From: an uncultured Deinococcales bacterium
GTDB taxonomy: Bacteria > Deinococcota > Deinococci > Deinococcales > JAAFIG01
DNA length: 11,642 bases
Reading direction: 5' to 3'
Assembly (NCBI GenBank): GCA_964244895.1
Contig: CAXTKV010000148.1
Location: 1-11,642, forward strand
Of the stretch, positions 1 through 9,348 are shown one piece after another; within the stretch, counting starts at the first letter, position 1, and every line of letters begins with the position of its first letter. Below the pieces are notes generated by a model. The model searched no databases, had not been told where the DNA came from, and saw only the letters and a program-made list of their open reading frames with translations. The translations under genes were made by a program, and so were the position numbers.

Positions 1-690
1 GCCCAGGATCACACCGCCCAGGATGCCCGCGCGGGCGTAAGGCAGGATGCCGTAGCGGATGACCTCCCATTTGGTCGCGCCCAACGCGTAAGCAGCCTCG
101 CGCTGATCGTTGGGTACCAATCGAATCACATCGCGGCTGATCGCGGCGATAAATGGGATCACCATCACCGCCAGCACCAGAATCGCGGAGAGCAAACCGA
201 TGCCGGTCGGAGCCCACTGCACGCCCGTGGTCTGCACGAACCAGACCTGGAAGCTGCGAACGACCGGGATCATCACGAAGATGCCCCACAAACCGTAGAC
301 CACGCTCGGAATCGCGGCCAGCAATTCCACCAGGTAGCCGACCGGGTTGGCCAACCAGGAAGGCGCGTATTCGCTCACGAACAGGGCCGATGCGAGCGCC
401 AACGGGACGGCCACGACCAGCGCGCCGAAGGCCGTGAAGAACGTACCCGCGATGAACGGAAAGGCCTGATAGGTTTCCGTGCCCGGATTCCAGTCCAGCC
501 CGAACAAAAAGCTGAAGCCCTGCTTGGCGAAAGCGGGTAGGCCACCCAGGAACAGCACCACGCAGTAAAAGCCCGCTGTGATCAGCACCAGGCTCGAGAG
601 GCCGACGATAATCCATTTAAAGCTGTTGTCGGCGGCAGAACTGAGGCTTCTTGAGCGCGGTTTCAGGGGTGGTGCGGTCATGTCGGTCAC
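1..690 (-). CDS. pstC: Phosphate ABC transporter permease PstC (3' end runs off the window)
   Basis: Manual minus-strand translation, open from GTG at 690 to base 1. GGAGG RBS at 700-696; alternative ATG at 681. Contains the EAA loop REAAYALGATKWEVIRYGILPYARAGILGGVILG and LLAAIPSVVYGLWG. Lies directly downstream of pstS. Absent from the ORF track because its stop is outside the window. Confidence 0.95.
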   Translation of the reverse strand, partial: MTDMTAPPLKPRSRSLSSAADNSFKWIIVGLSSLVLITAGFYCVVLFLGGLPAFAKQGFSFLFGLDWNPGTETYQAFPFIAGTFFTAFGALVVAVPLALASALFVSEYAPSWLANPVGYLVELLAAIPSVVYGLWGIFVMIPVVRSFQVWFVQTTGVQWAPTGIGLLSAILVLAVMVIPFIAAISRDVIRLVPNDQREAAYALGATKWEVIRYGILPYARAGILGGVILG

Positions 691-726
691 GACATCCTCC
701 GGGGTTTGCCCTAGCTTCTCGAGCTT

Positions 727-748
727 GTGTCAAGAAACTGTCAGCTTT
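727..748. promoter_or_regulatory. Pho-box-like tandem direct repeat upstream of pstC
   Basis: GTGTCAagaaa-CTGTCAgcttt on the + strand, 11-bp period, resembling the PhoB box CTGTCAT-N4-CTGTCAT. About 35-60 bp upstream of the pstC start. Confidence 0.6.
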
Positions 749-822
749 GCTGATGATCCCTGACCTCAGGCCATGACTCGAGCGCGGACTCGCGGGGTCG
801 CAGCCTGGTAACCCTTAAAGAA

Positions 823-874
823 CACCATCCAGCACGGTGTTCCCCGAGGGTCAACAGAACCGTGCCAGACGGTA
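823..874. repeat. Palindromic intergenic element, copy 1 (degenerate, 24-nt spacer)
   Basis: CACCATCCAGCACG (823-836) ... CGTGCCAGACGGTA (861-874). Its four arm mismatches are all A-C on + and therefore G-U on the minus (pst mRNA) strand. Confidence 0.7.
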
Positions 875-880
875 GGGCTC

Positions 881-919
881 AAAAAATCAGGCTCGAACCC
901 GCGACGGGGTTCGAGCCTG
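881..919 (-). terminator. Rho-independent terminator of pstS
   Basis: Perfect 13-bp stem CAGGCTCGAACCC (888-900) / GGGTTCGAGCCTG (907-919) with a 6-nt loop. On the minus strand it is followed by A and then T6 (886-881). Starts about 20 nt after the pstS stop. Confidence 0.9.
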
Positions 920-938
920 GAAACGTGCGAGTCTCGGC

Positions 939-1973
<1,035 letters not shown>

Positions 1974-2006
1974 GGTGTTTCCTCCTGGGCGCATGGTTCC
2001 AGGGTC

Positions 2007-2050
2007 GCGTCATCGGATTGTCATGGAGTCGTGGGGCGGGCTTCATCGGA
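2007..2050. promoter_or_regulatory. Pho-box-like 11-bp-periodic repeats upstream of pstS
   Basis: In-phase units on +: GCGTCATcgga (2007), TTGTCATggag (2018), a non-matching unit (2029), GCTTCATcgga (2040). Confidence 0.65.
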
Positions 2051-2123
2051 CCTTGAGATTCGTCGCCTTGACGCCCGTTGGTTCGCGTTCCCGTGCGGGT
2101 TCGCGGTTTCTCGAGAGAGGACA

Positions 2124-2161
2124 GGTTGACCCGGAAGCCGTTCGGGCGGCGCGGGTCAGCC
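2124..2161. other. GC-rich hairpin between the copA 3' end and the pstS promoter (possible terminator)
   Basis: GGTTGACCCG (2124-2133) / CGGGTCAGCC (2152-2161), with an inner GCCG/CGGC stem. On the minus strand it is followed by pyrimidine-rich TGTCCTCTCT rather than a real U-tract. Confidence 0.4.
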
Positions 2162-2210
2162 ATCGCCCTTCACGTCCGGGACGGTGTTTTTGCGAGCGTT
2201 ATTCAGGAAA

Positions 2211-2252
2211 CACCGTCCAGGACGACACTGTTAAATTGCGTCCTGGACGGTG
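2211..2252. repeat. Palindromic intergenic element, copy 2
   Basis: Perfect arms CACCGTCCAGGACG (2211-2224) and CGTCCTGGACGGTG (2239-2252), 14-nt spacer, followed by CTCT. Lies 4 nt beyond the copA stop. Confidence 0.92.
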
Positions 2253-2256
2253 CTCT

Positions 2257-4752
2257 TCAGGCGCGAGCCTTCTCGAGCCTCTGGGGAGCAGAGTTCAGAC
2301 TCAACGGCGCTCGGAACGATCGCAAGCGCAGCGCGTTCGAGAGCACGAACACGCTGGATAAGCCCATCGCCGCGCCCGCCAGCACCGGATTGAGCGACCA
2401 GCCCGTCCACGGCGTCAACGCGCCCGCCGCGACCGGAATCAGCACCGTGTTGTACGCGAAGGCCCAGAACAAATTCAGCCGGATGTTGCCCATCACGGCT
2501 TTTGAGAGCGCGATCGCGTTCGGCACGCCGCGCGGATCGCCGGACACCAGGATCACATCGGCGGTTTCGATGGCCACGTCCGTACCCGTCCCGATGGCGA
2601 TGCCGACATCCGCCTGCGCCAGCGCGGGCGCGTCGTTGATGCCGTCCCCGACGAACGCGACCCGCTCGCCATCGGCTTGAAGGGTCTTGACGGCGTCAGC
2701 CTTGCCGTCCGGCAGGACTTCGGCCAGCACCGTCTCGAGCCCGAGCGCTGCCGCGATGGCGTGCGCGGCGGCCCGGCCATCGCCCGTGACCATCGCGGTT
2801 CGCAACCCATTCTTTTTCAATGCCCGAACCGTCTCGAAGCTGCCGTCCCGCAGCGTGTCCGAGACCGCCGCGACCGCGACGACCAGCCCGTCCACGGCGG
2901 TGAACAGGATGGTTTTGCCGTCCCTCAAAAACCGTTCGGCCTCGATCGAGAGTGCGCTCATCTCGAGTCCGATCCGATCCATGTACCGCGCTGCACCGAC
3001 CTGCACGAGTTTCCCGTCCACGCGACCCACCACGCCGAAGCCCGGCACGGCCTCGAAATCGGTCACAGCAGAAAACGCGATCCCTCGAGCCTGCGCGGCA
3101 CGCACGATGGCGCGCCCGACCGGATGTTCGCTGCTGCGTTCCAGGCTCGCCACCAACCGCAGCGTTTGATCCTCTAAGCCGTCCAGTGCGACAAAATCGG
3201 TCATTTCCGGCTTGCCTTTGGTGAGCGTTCCCGTCTTGTCGAACGCCACGACCCGCGCGTTGGAGAGGGCTTCCAGCGCGTCGCCGCGACGGAACAGCAC
3301 GCCCAACTGCGCGGCCTTGCCCGTACCGACCATGATCGAGGTTGGGGTCGCCAGACCCATCGCGCACGGGCAGGCGATCACCAGCACCGCCACGGCGTGA
3401 ACCAGCGCGTTCGGTAGGGCGTCCGGTCCACCCGCGACCAACCACGCCAGGAACGTCACCAGCGCGATCACCAGCACGACCGGCGTGAAGACCGCCACCA
3501 CCCGATCCGCCAGTCCCTGAATCGGCGGTTTGCTGGACTGCGCGTCCTCTACCAGCTTGACGATCCGTTCCAGCACCGTGTCCGCACCGATGGCCGTGGC
3601 GCGCATGGTGAACGCGCCCGTCTGGTTCAGGCTGCCGCCGACGACTCGGGCACCCTCCGTTTTGGAGACCGGAATCGGTTCGCCCGTCAGCATGGATTCG
3701 TCCACGAAGCTTCCGCCGGACGCGATCAGGCCATCCACGGGCACGCGCTCGCCGGGACGAACGATCAGGATATCGCCGAGCGCGACATCCTCGAGCCCGA
3801 TCTCGAGTTCTCGTGCGCCCCGCACGATCCGCGCGGTTTTCGGTTGCAGCGCCATCAGCGCCTTCATGGCCTGGCTGGTGCGGCCCTTGGCGATGGCTTC
3901 CAGGTACTTGCCCAGCAGCACCAGCGTGATCACCACGGCGGCGGCCTCGAAGTACGTGTGCGCCGTGCCGGACGGAAAGATCTGCGGCGCCGCGGTCGCA
4001 GTCAGGCTGTACAGAAACGCGGCTCCCGTGCCGATCGCGACCAGACTGTTCATGTCCGGCGAACCCGATACCAGCGCCTTCCAACCCGAGCGCAAGAACC
4101 GCCATCCGGGGCCGAACTGCACGGGTGCGGCCAGCGCCAGCATGATCCAGTTCCAGACCGCCACCGGCGCGAGCCGCATCTGGAGTTCCATCGCGGGCGT
4201 CCAGATCATCGGCAGCATGGCGATCGCGAAAAGCGGCACAGAGAACATCGCGGCGATGGTCAGCGCGCGCTTCTGATTCTGGATTTCGCGCGCTCTGGCT
4301 TCGCGTTCCAGATCGGTACGCCCCTGATCCCCTCGAGCCTCGAGAATGCCGTAACCGGCGTCCCGAACGGCCTGCTTGAGTTCTGACGGCATCGTCTGCG
4401 CCGGAACGAACCTGACGGTGGCGCGTTCCGTGGCCAGGTTGACGGACGCGTCCAGCACGCCGTCCAGCTTTTTCAGGGCGTTCTCGACGCGGTTGACACA
4501 GTTGGCGCAGGTCATGTCCGTCACACCGAACTCGAGCGTGGCCGTCCGAGGTTCGTATCCCACGTCCCTGACCTTGTCGAGCAGGGCTGCGGCGTTCGTC
4601 CGATCCGGGTCGAACCTGACCGTGGCGCGTTCGGTGACCAGGTTGACGGAGGCGTCCGCAACGCCATCTACGCGCTTCAGACCGCGTTCGACGCGACCGA
4701 CGCAGGCTGCGCAAGTCATGCCGCCGACACCGAGTTCGATGGTTTTTTGCAC
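2257..4752 (-). CDS. copA: Cu(I)-translocating P1B-1 type ATPase with two N-terminal HMA domains
   Basis: GMTCAAC and DMTCANC metal-binding domains; [25 protein letters not shown] and MxxSS Cu(I) transmembrane ligands. GTG start with GAGGT RBS. Confidence 0.97.
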   Translation of the reverse strand: MQKTIELGVGGMTCAACVGRVERGLKRVDGVADASVNLVTERATVRFDPDRTNAAALLDKVRDVGYEPRTATLEFGVTDMTCANCVNRVENALKKLDGVLDASVNLATERATVRFVPAQTMPSELKQAVRDAGYGILEARGDQGRTDLEREARAREIQNQKRALTIAAMFSVPLFAIAMLPMIWTPAMELQMRLAPVAVWNWIMLALAAPVQFGPGWRFLRSGWKALVSGSPDMNSLVAIGTGAAFLYSLTATAAPQIFPSGTAHTYFEAAAVVITLVLLGKYLEAIAKGRTSQAMKALMALQPKTARIVRGARELEIGLEDVALGDILIVRPGERVPVDGLIASGGSFVDESMLTGEPIPVSKTEGARVVGGSLNQTGAFTMRATAIGADTVLERIVKLVEDAQSSKPPIQGLADRVVAVFTPVVLVIALVTFLAWLVAGGPDALPNALVHAVAVLVIACPCAMGLATPTSIMVGTGKAAQLGVLFRRGDALEALSNARVVAFDKTGTLTKGKPEMTDFVALDGLEDQTLRLVASLERSSEHPVGRAIVRAAQARGIAFSAVTDFEAVPGFGVVGRVDGKLVQVGAARYMDRIGLEMSALSIEAERFLRDGKTILFTAVDGLVVAVAAVSDTLRDGSFETVRALKKNGLRTAMVTGDGRAAAHAIAAALGLETVLAEVLPDGKADAVKTLQADGERVAFVGDGINDAPALAQADVGIAIGTGTDVAIETADVILVSGDPRGVPNAIALSKAVMGNIRLNLFWAFAYNTVLIPVAAGALTPWTGWSLNPVLAGAAMGLSSVFVLSNALRLRSFRAPLSLNSAPQRLEKARA

Positions 4753-4765
4753 GGTTTACCTCGCT

Positions 4766-4783
4766 AATCCCCCCAGGGGGATT
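4766..4783. promoter_or_regulatory. CsoR-type operator at the copA transcription start
   Basis: Dyad AATCCCCC-CA-GGGGGATT. C-tract/G-tract dyads are typical of CsoR operators. It begins 7 nt downstream of the predicted -10, and csoR is in the divergent operon. Confidence 0.8.
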
Positions 4784-4789
4784 GACCCA

Positions 4790-4818
4790 AGTTTAGGTTC
4801 TCGAGGCGGGTTGGTCAA
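4790..4818 (-). promoter_or_regulatory. sigma70-like promoter of copA
   Basis: Minus strand: TTGACC (4818-4813), 17 nt, TAAACT (4795-4790). Confidence 0.75.
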
Positions 4819-5021
4819 GTCGCAGGGGAGACACGAAAGTGATCGCGATCTCAGGTTCTCGAGAAGATTGATCTCGTATGAAACGGAAAATGCGCGCAAT
4901 TCTGAGGTGATACAGAACAAAAACGTCGTCCTGGATGAAAAAAACGCGATTTTTGCAAACTATATACGTCTGAGACGGTATTCGCGGCGTTTTGAAATCC
5001 GAGCCCGGTATGCCCAACGAC

Positions 5022-5051
5022 TTGACCGCTGGATTCCTCCAGGCCTATATT
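5022..5051 (+). promoter_or_regulatory. sigma70-like promoter of copZ-DUF305-csoR
   Basis: TTGACC (5022-5027), 18 nt, TATATT (5046-5051). Confidence 0.7.
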
Positions 5052-5057
5052 TGGCTC

Positions 5058-5075
5058 ATACCCCCAATGGGGGAT
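5058..5075. promoter_or_regulatory. CsoR-type operator at the copZ transcription start
   Basis: ATACCCCC-AAT-GGGGGAT. Same C5/G5 architecture and same position relative to the -10 as the copA operator; abuts the AGGAGG RBS. Confidence 0.8.
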
Positions 5076-5086
5076 AGGAGGAACGC

Positions 5087-5296
5087 GTGAGCATCGAATT
5101 GAACGTCACCGGAATGACCTGCAAGCACTGCAAAGCCGCCGTCGAGGGCGCGCTTCAAAGTATCAGTGGTGTCGAGACCGTCAGTGTCGACCTGGAACGC
5201 GGCAAAGCGGTCATCGAAGGCGAAAACCTCGAGCCAAACGCCCTGATCGCGGCGGTCGCCGAGGAAGGCTACGGCGCGCAGGTCGCGGCGACCTGA
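5087..5296 (+). CDS. copZ: Copper chaperone CopZ (single HMA domain)
   Basis: 69 aa with GMTCKHC near the N terminus and EEGY near the C terminus. AGGAGG RBS before the GTG start. Confidence 0.93.
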   Translation: MSIELNVTGMTCKHCKAAVEGALQSISGVETVSVDLERGKAVIEGENLEPNALIAAVAEEGYGAQVAAT

Positions 5297-5871
5297 TGCG
5301 CTGGATCGTCGGTCTCGCCGCGTCGCTCGCGCTCAGTCTGGGCGCGAGCGCGCAGATGGATCACAGCATGGGTTCAGCATCCATGAGCGCCCTTCAGAGC
5401 GCGTCCGGAAAGACCTTCGACATGTACTGGATGTCCCAGATGATCGAACACCACACCGGTGCGCTCGAGATGGCCAGGAGCGTCCTCAAAGACGGCCAGG
5501 ACGTGCGCGTCAAGAAAGCTGCCCAGGACATCGTGACCAACCAATCGCGCGAGATAAACCAGCTCAAAACCTGGTTGAAAACCTGGTACGCCGCGACGCC
5601 GGACAAAACCCAGATGAAGCTGATGCGCCAGGACATGCAACCGATGCTGAAAGCCGCTCTGGGCGGCATGGCGGGCATGGACATGGGTGCTGACGCCGAC
5701 AAACGCTTCCTGGAGAGCATGATCCCGCACCACCAGAGCGCCGTAAACATGGGCGAGATGGCGCTCAAGAAAGCCCTCAGGCCGGAACTGAAATCGTTCG
5801 CGCGAGCTGTGATAGACGCCCAATCGAGGGAAATCAGGCAGTACCAATCGTGGCTCAGGGGCTGGAAATGA
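5296..5871 (+). CDS. Exported DUF305 (CopM-like) Met/His-rich copper-binding protein
   Basis: Signal peptide ending ASA-Q. Two ferritin-like repeats with MIEHHTGA and MIPHHQSA, each followed by Q-x-x-EI. Met-rich. TGATG overlap with copZ. Confidence 0.9.
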   Translation: MRWIVGLAASLALSLGASAQMDHSMGSASMSALQSASGKTFDMYWMSQMIEHHTGALEMARSVLKDGQDVRVKKAAQDIVTNQSREINQLKTWLKTWYAATPDKTQMKLMRQDMQPMLKAALGGMAGMDMGADADKRFLESMIPHHQSAVNMGEMALKKALRPELKSFARAVIDAQSREIRQYQSWLRGWK

Positions 5872-6191
5872 AAACAAAAACTCCGACCGCTACCGAACCC
5901 GTCAACAGCCAGCACCTGTGCATGCCCGAAGAACCGCGCCGCCGAGCATCGCGCCGATTGGCCATCGCCAAGGGACACCTGGAAAGCATTCAGCGCATGA
6001 TGGAGGATCCGCACGTGTACTGCATGGACGTGTTGCGCCAGATCAAAGCCGTGCAGGGCGCGTTGGATGGTATCTCTGAGGTCGTGCTGCGCGGGCATCT
6101 CGAGGCGCACGTGACCACCGCAGCCCAGCGCGGCGATGACCTCGAGATCGTCGAAGAGTTGATGGAAGCCCTCAAATACGCGCGTTCTTGA
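5868..6191 (+). CDS. csoR: CsoR/RcnR-family metal-sensing repressor (Thermus-type C-H-H)
   Basis: RRLAIAKGHLESI...YCMDVLRQIKAVQGAL...HLEAHV...EELMEALKY. Start placed at ATG 5868 (ATGA overlap with the DUF305 stop) rather than 5850. Confidence 0.93.
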   Translation: MKTKTPTATEPVNSQHLCMPEEPRRRASRRLAIAKGHLESIQRMMEDPHVYCMDVLRQIKAVQGALDGISEVVLRGHLEAHVTTAAQRGDDLEIVEELMEALKYARS

Positions 6192-6197
6192 TCAAAA

Positions 6198-6239
6198 CAC
6201 CGTCCGGTACGCATTCCCTGATTCGCGTGCTGGACGGTG
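6198..6239. repeat. Palindromic intergenic element, copy 3
   Basis: CACCGTCCGGTACG (6198-6211), 14 nt, CGTGCTGGACGGTG (6226-6239), extended by AAA/TTT. Both mismatches are G-U pairs on the + (csoR mRNA) strand. Lies 6 nt after the csoR stop. Confidence 0.9.
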
Positions 6240-6375
6240 TTTGTTCCCGAGCGACCTTCCTCGAGAGCTCGCCTTCGAGGGCAAACGAGCTGCCCAGCGC
6301 GGTTCCTCGAGCGATTTACCCGATTCGCTCGAGACGATCCGTTGACAGCCGAGCCGAACGTGAAGCATCGCTCTC

Positions 6376-6404
6376 TTGCTTGACGTGTCCCTAATTTGTA
6401 TTCT
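6376..6404 (+). promoter_or_regulatory. Candidate sigma70-like promoter of the ABC transporter operon
   Basis: TTGCTT (6376-6381), 17 nt, TATTCT (6399-6404), followed by the AGGAGGT RBS at 6424-6430. Confidence 0.55.
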
Positions 6405-6435
6405 GGCCGAAGTTTTGATGACCAGGAGGTCAGGT

Positions 6436-7278
6436 ATGCAAAAACGATTGATCGCTGCCGCAATCTTGGGTGGCCTCGCCGCTGCCGCCGTCGGCATTTC
6501 GGGTTCCGCCGCCCAGAGCATGATGAAGATGGGCAATTGTGACGTGGTTGGCAAGAAGGGCGAGATGGCCTTCAAGCCCGCCGTGGCCGGACAGTTGACC
6601 GTCGAAGTCAACCTGCCCGCCCCAATTTTTTACAACGGTGACACGCCGGAAACCATCAAGGACGGCCTGGAATACTGCTTCGCCGCCAACATCGCCTACC
6701 GCGCTGGCCTGGACAAGGTCGTCGTCAAGAACGTCGCCTGGGATGCGCTGGTGGCCGGACAGACCAAGAACTTCGACCTGGCGCTCTCGCAGATTTCGAT
6801 CACCGACGAGCGCAAGAAAGTCGTGGATTTCAGCACCCCGTACTTCGCCAGCGACATCGGCATCCTGGTTAAAAAAGGCGCAAAAATAGACGCGACCACC
6901 ATCAAGACCGCCAAGCTCGGCGTGCAACAGGGCACGACCGGCGCCGATTTCGTCGAGAAAACCCTCAAGGCCAAGGGCGCGAAAGTCTTCCCGGACACGC
7001 CCAGCATGTTCACCGCGCTTCAGGCCGGACAGATCGATGCCGCCATGACGGACACCGCCATCGTCTTGGGTCAGGCCAAGATTTCTGAAGGCAAATTCAC
7101 GGTGGTCGGCCAGTACAAGACCGGCGAGACCTACGGCGCGCTCTTCCCGAAAGGTTCAACCAACTCCAAGACCATCAACCAGATCATCTCCGCGCTGATC
7201 AAGGACGGCACGCTCAGCAAACTGACCGCCCAGTACTTCGGCATGGACCCGACCAAGATCGCGGTCTTCAAGCCTTAA
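6436..7278 (+). CDS. Polar amino acid ABC transporter substrate-binding protein (SBP_bac_3 family)
   Basis: WDALVAG...FDLALSQISITDERKKVVDFSTPYF, LGVQQGTTG and ALQAGQIDAA motifs; N-terminal signal peptide. ATG 6436 follows a strong RBS. Substrate cannot be determined from sequence. Confidence 0.93.
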   Translation: MQKRLIAAAILGGLAAAAVGISGSAAQSMMKMGNCDVVGKKGEMAFKPAVAGQLTVEVNLPAPIFYNGDTPETIKDGLEYCFAANIAYRAGLDKVVVKNVAWDALVAGQTKNFDLALSQISITDERKKVVDFSTPYFASDIGILVKKGAKIDATTIKTAKLGVQQGTTGADFVEKTLKAKGAKVFPDTPSMFTALQAGQIDAAMTDTAIVLGQAKISEGKFTVVGQYKTGETYGALFPKGSTNSKTINQIISALIKDGTLSKLTAQYFGMDPTKIAVFKP

Positions 7279-7292
7279 ATCCGCCGTTCTTC

Positions 7293-7332
7293 TCGAGCTG
7301 TGAGCTATGAATCCTCGTAGTTCACAGCTCGA
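7293..7332 (+). other. Long intercistronic hairpin between binding protein and permease genes (mRNA stabiliser or attenuator)
   Basis: 18-bp stem TCGAGCTGTGAGCTATGA / TCGTAGTTCACAGCTCGA, loop ATCC. Both non-Watson-Crick pairs are G-U on +. No U-tract. Confidence 0.8.
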
Positions 7333-7365
7333 AGCGTATCGAATCCCGGAACCGAGGACGCTCGA

Positions 7366-8520
7366 GTGAACAAGGCCAGCAACCTCGAGAAGAAACCCGA
7401 AAGGCGACCTCGCGCGCCATCCGTGCCCTCGGACGCGACCGGACTGGGGCTGGTGGCCGTGCTGGTCAGCCTGCTGGTGATCGGCTTCGCCTGGTTCACC
7501 ATCGCCGCCATCCGGGGCGCAATTTCCGTGGCCGGACAACCCGCGTCCGACAACCCGCCGATGGTCGTGCTGTCCCTCGCTGGGCCGTACCGCGCGATTG
7601 ATGCGCTGTTGCTGCTAATCGCGCTCGTGCCGCTCGGGTTGCTCGTGCCCGCTTTTCGAGGCATCGCACAAGCCCAGCAATCCAGGGCTGCTTTGGCCGC
7701 GAATGACCTGATCGAAGCGCGCGTCAAGAACGCCGCCTCGAGATCATCGTCCTGGTTCGCGCTCGGCTACGCTTTCGCGGCGCTGATCGTCTTCGGACTG
7801 GGGCTGTTCGTGGTGCTGAACGACGTGGCAGTCGGCAAGACGTTTTTTCGGCTGGACATTATTTTTGGATCGTTCTCGCTGGTAGCGCAAGCTTTCTTGA
7901 CGAACGTCTTCATCTTCTGCGTGGCGGAAGTCTTCATCCTGATCTGGGGTCTGATCGTGGCCGTGGCGCGCCTGATTCCGGGTCAGGCCGGACAACCGAT
8001 CCGTTTCCTGGCGACCGCCTACACCGACATTTTTCGCGGCCTGCCATCGATCATCACGATTTACCTGGTCGGGTTCGGCCTGCCGTTGACGGGCTTGCCG
8101 CTCGTCAAGGATCTGTCCCCGAACTGGGCCGCGATCCTGGCGCTGACGCTGACGTACGGCGCGTACGTCGCGGAGGTCTACCGCGCGGGCATCGAGAGCA
8201 TCCACCCCAGCCAGTTTTCCGCGGCGCGATCCCTCGGGCTGTCGTTTGGGCAAACCATGCGCTTTGTGATCGTGCCGCAAGCCGTGCGGCGGATCATCCC
8301 GCCGTTGTTAAACGACTTCATCGGCCTTCAAAAAGACACCGCGCTGGTCAACGTGATCGGCACGATAGACGCTTTTAATCAGGCCAAAATCATCGCCAGC
8401 AACCGGTTTAACCTGTCTTCCGTGGCGACCGTCGCGTTCTTGTTCGTGATCATCACGATCCCGCAGGCCAGATGGGTGGATCGCTTGCTCGAGCGCGAGC
8501 AGCGCAGAACCAGGAATTAG
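7366..8520 (+). CDS. Amino acid ABC transporter permease (HisM/GlnP type) with long N-terminal membrane extension
   Basis: [23 protein letters not shown]...ARSLGLS...[26 protein letters not shown]. The exact start (GTG 7366) is uncertain. Confidence 0.92.
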   Translation: MNKASNLEKKPERRPRAPSVPSDATGLGLVAVLVSLLVIGFAWFTIAAIRGAISVAGQPASDNPPMVVLSLAGPYRAIDALLLLIALVPLGLLVPAFRGIAQAQQSRAALAANDLIEARVKNAASRSSSWFALGYAFAALIVFGLGLFVVLNDVAVGKTFFRLDIIFGSFSLVAQAFLTNVFIFCVAEVFILIWGLIVAVARLIPGQAGQPIRFLATAYTDIFRGLPSIITIYLVGFGLPLTGLPLVKDLSPNWAAILALTLTYGAYVAEVYRAGIESIHPSQFSAARSLGLSFGQTMRFVIVPQAVRRIIPPLLNDFIGLQKDTALVNVIGTIDAFNQAKIIASNRFNLSSVATVAFLFVIITIPQARWVDRLLEREQRRTRN

Positions 8521-8524
8521 CGAA

Positions 8525-8574
8525 CACCGTCCCGGACGCATAAATCGAAGGCTGTGCAGCACGCCGGAATCCTG
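8525..8574 (-). repeat. Palindromic intergenic element, copy 4 (degenerate, reverse orientation)
   Basis: CACCGTCCCGGACG (8525-8538), 14 nt, degenerate arm TGTGCAGCACGCCG (8553-8566), then GAATCCTG, the reverse complement of the CAGGATTC flank in copies 5 and 6. Lies 4 nt after the permease stop. Confidence 0.65.
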
Positions 8575-8602
8575 CTCGAGCACTTTTGAGGACGCGAAAA
8601 CA

Positions 8603-9346
8603 ATGCCATTTCTCGAGATCAACGATGTTCACAAACGCTACGGTCACGTCGAGATCCTCAAAGGGATCAACCTGAACGTCGAAGAACACCAGGTCGTGTG
8701 CCTGATCGGGCCCTCCGGCTGCGGCAAAAGCACGATGTTGCGCTGCATCAACGGCCTGGAAAACATCACCGAAGGCGAGATCCGGATTGACGGCGACCGC
8801 GTGACCGGCCCCGGTGTGGACCTGAACGCGCTCAGGCGCGATGTCGGGATCGTCTTTCAGAGCTTCAATTTGTTTCCGCACATGAGCGTGCTGGACAACA
8901 TCACGCTCGCGCCGATTCAGGTGCTGGGGTTCTCCAAGGACGAAGCCGAAACCAGGGCTCTGCCGCTCTTGAAACGCATCGGGCTGGATCACAAAGCCAG
9001 AGCCTTCCCGGATCAGCTCTCCGGTGGTCAGCAGCAACGCGTCGCCATCGTGCGCGCCCTAGCGATGGAACCTCGCGTGATGCTGCTGGACGAGATCACC
9101 TCCGCGCTCGACCCGGAACTGGTAAGTGAAGTCCTGAACATCGTGCGCGACCTGGCCAAAGAAGGCATGACGATGCTGCTGGCCACCCACGAGATGGGCT
9201 TCGCCAAGGAAGTCTCCTCGAAGGTATGCTTTTTGTACAACGGCGTCGTCCACGAGGAAGGGCCGCCCGAGCAGATCTTCGGGAACCCACAGGAGGAGCG
9301 CACCAAAGCGTTCCTGTCCAGCATCATCGAAGCTGGGCGTTTGTAA
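8603..9346 (+). CDS. Polar amino acid ABC transporter ATP-binding protein (GlnQ family)
   Basis: Walker [10 protein letters not shown]-loop [10 protein letters not shown], signature LSGGQQQR, Walker B/D-loop [13 protein letters not shown]-loop THEM. GAGG RBS. Confidence 0.96.
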   Translation: MPFLEINDVHKRYGHVEILKGINLNVEEHQVVCLIGPSGCGKSTMLRCINGLENITEGEIRIDGDRVTGPGVDLNALRRDVGIVFQSFNLFPHMSVLDNITLAPIQVLGFSKDEAETRALPLLKRIGLDHKARAFPDQLSGGQQQRVAIVRALAMEPRVMLLDEITSALDPELVSEVLNIVRDLAKEGMTMLLATHEMGFAKEVSSKVCFLYNGVVHEEGPPEQIFGNPQEERTKAFLSSIIEAGRL

Positions 9347-9348
9347 AC

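Noticed and set aside
2696..4714. 672-aa ORF overlapping copA in another frame
   Set aside because: Arg/Gly-rich shadow frame expected from high-GC codon bias; no motifs, and entirely within a well-supported CDS.
4793..5017. 74-aa minus-strand ORF in the cop intergenic region
   Set aside because: Non-ATG start, no RBS, atypical composition, and it ends inside the copA promoter. Cannot be fully excluded without ribosome profiling.
6240..6435. Riboswitch or T-box leader for the amino acid transporter
   Set aside because: No recognisable aptamer or T-box motif, and the best promoter candidate (6376-6404) lies downstream of the hairpins, leaving only a short leader.
6376..6435. ORF-track upstream starts for the binding protein (6376), pstS (1994), csoR (5850) and the 9929 gene
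   Set aside because: Downstream ATGs have better support: strong RBS plus signal peptide, ATGA coupling, or a leaderless -10.
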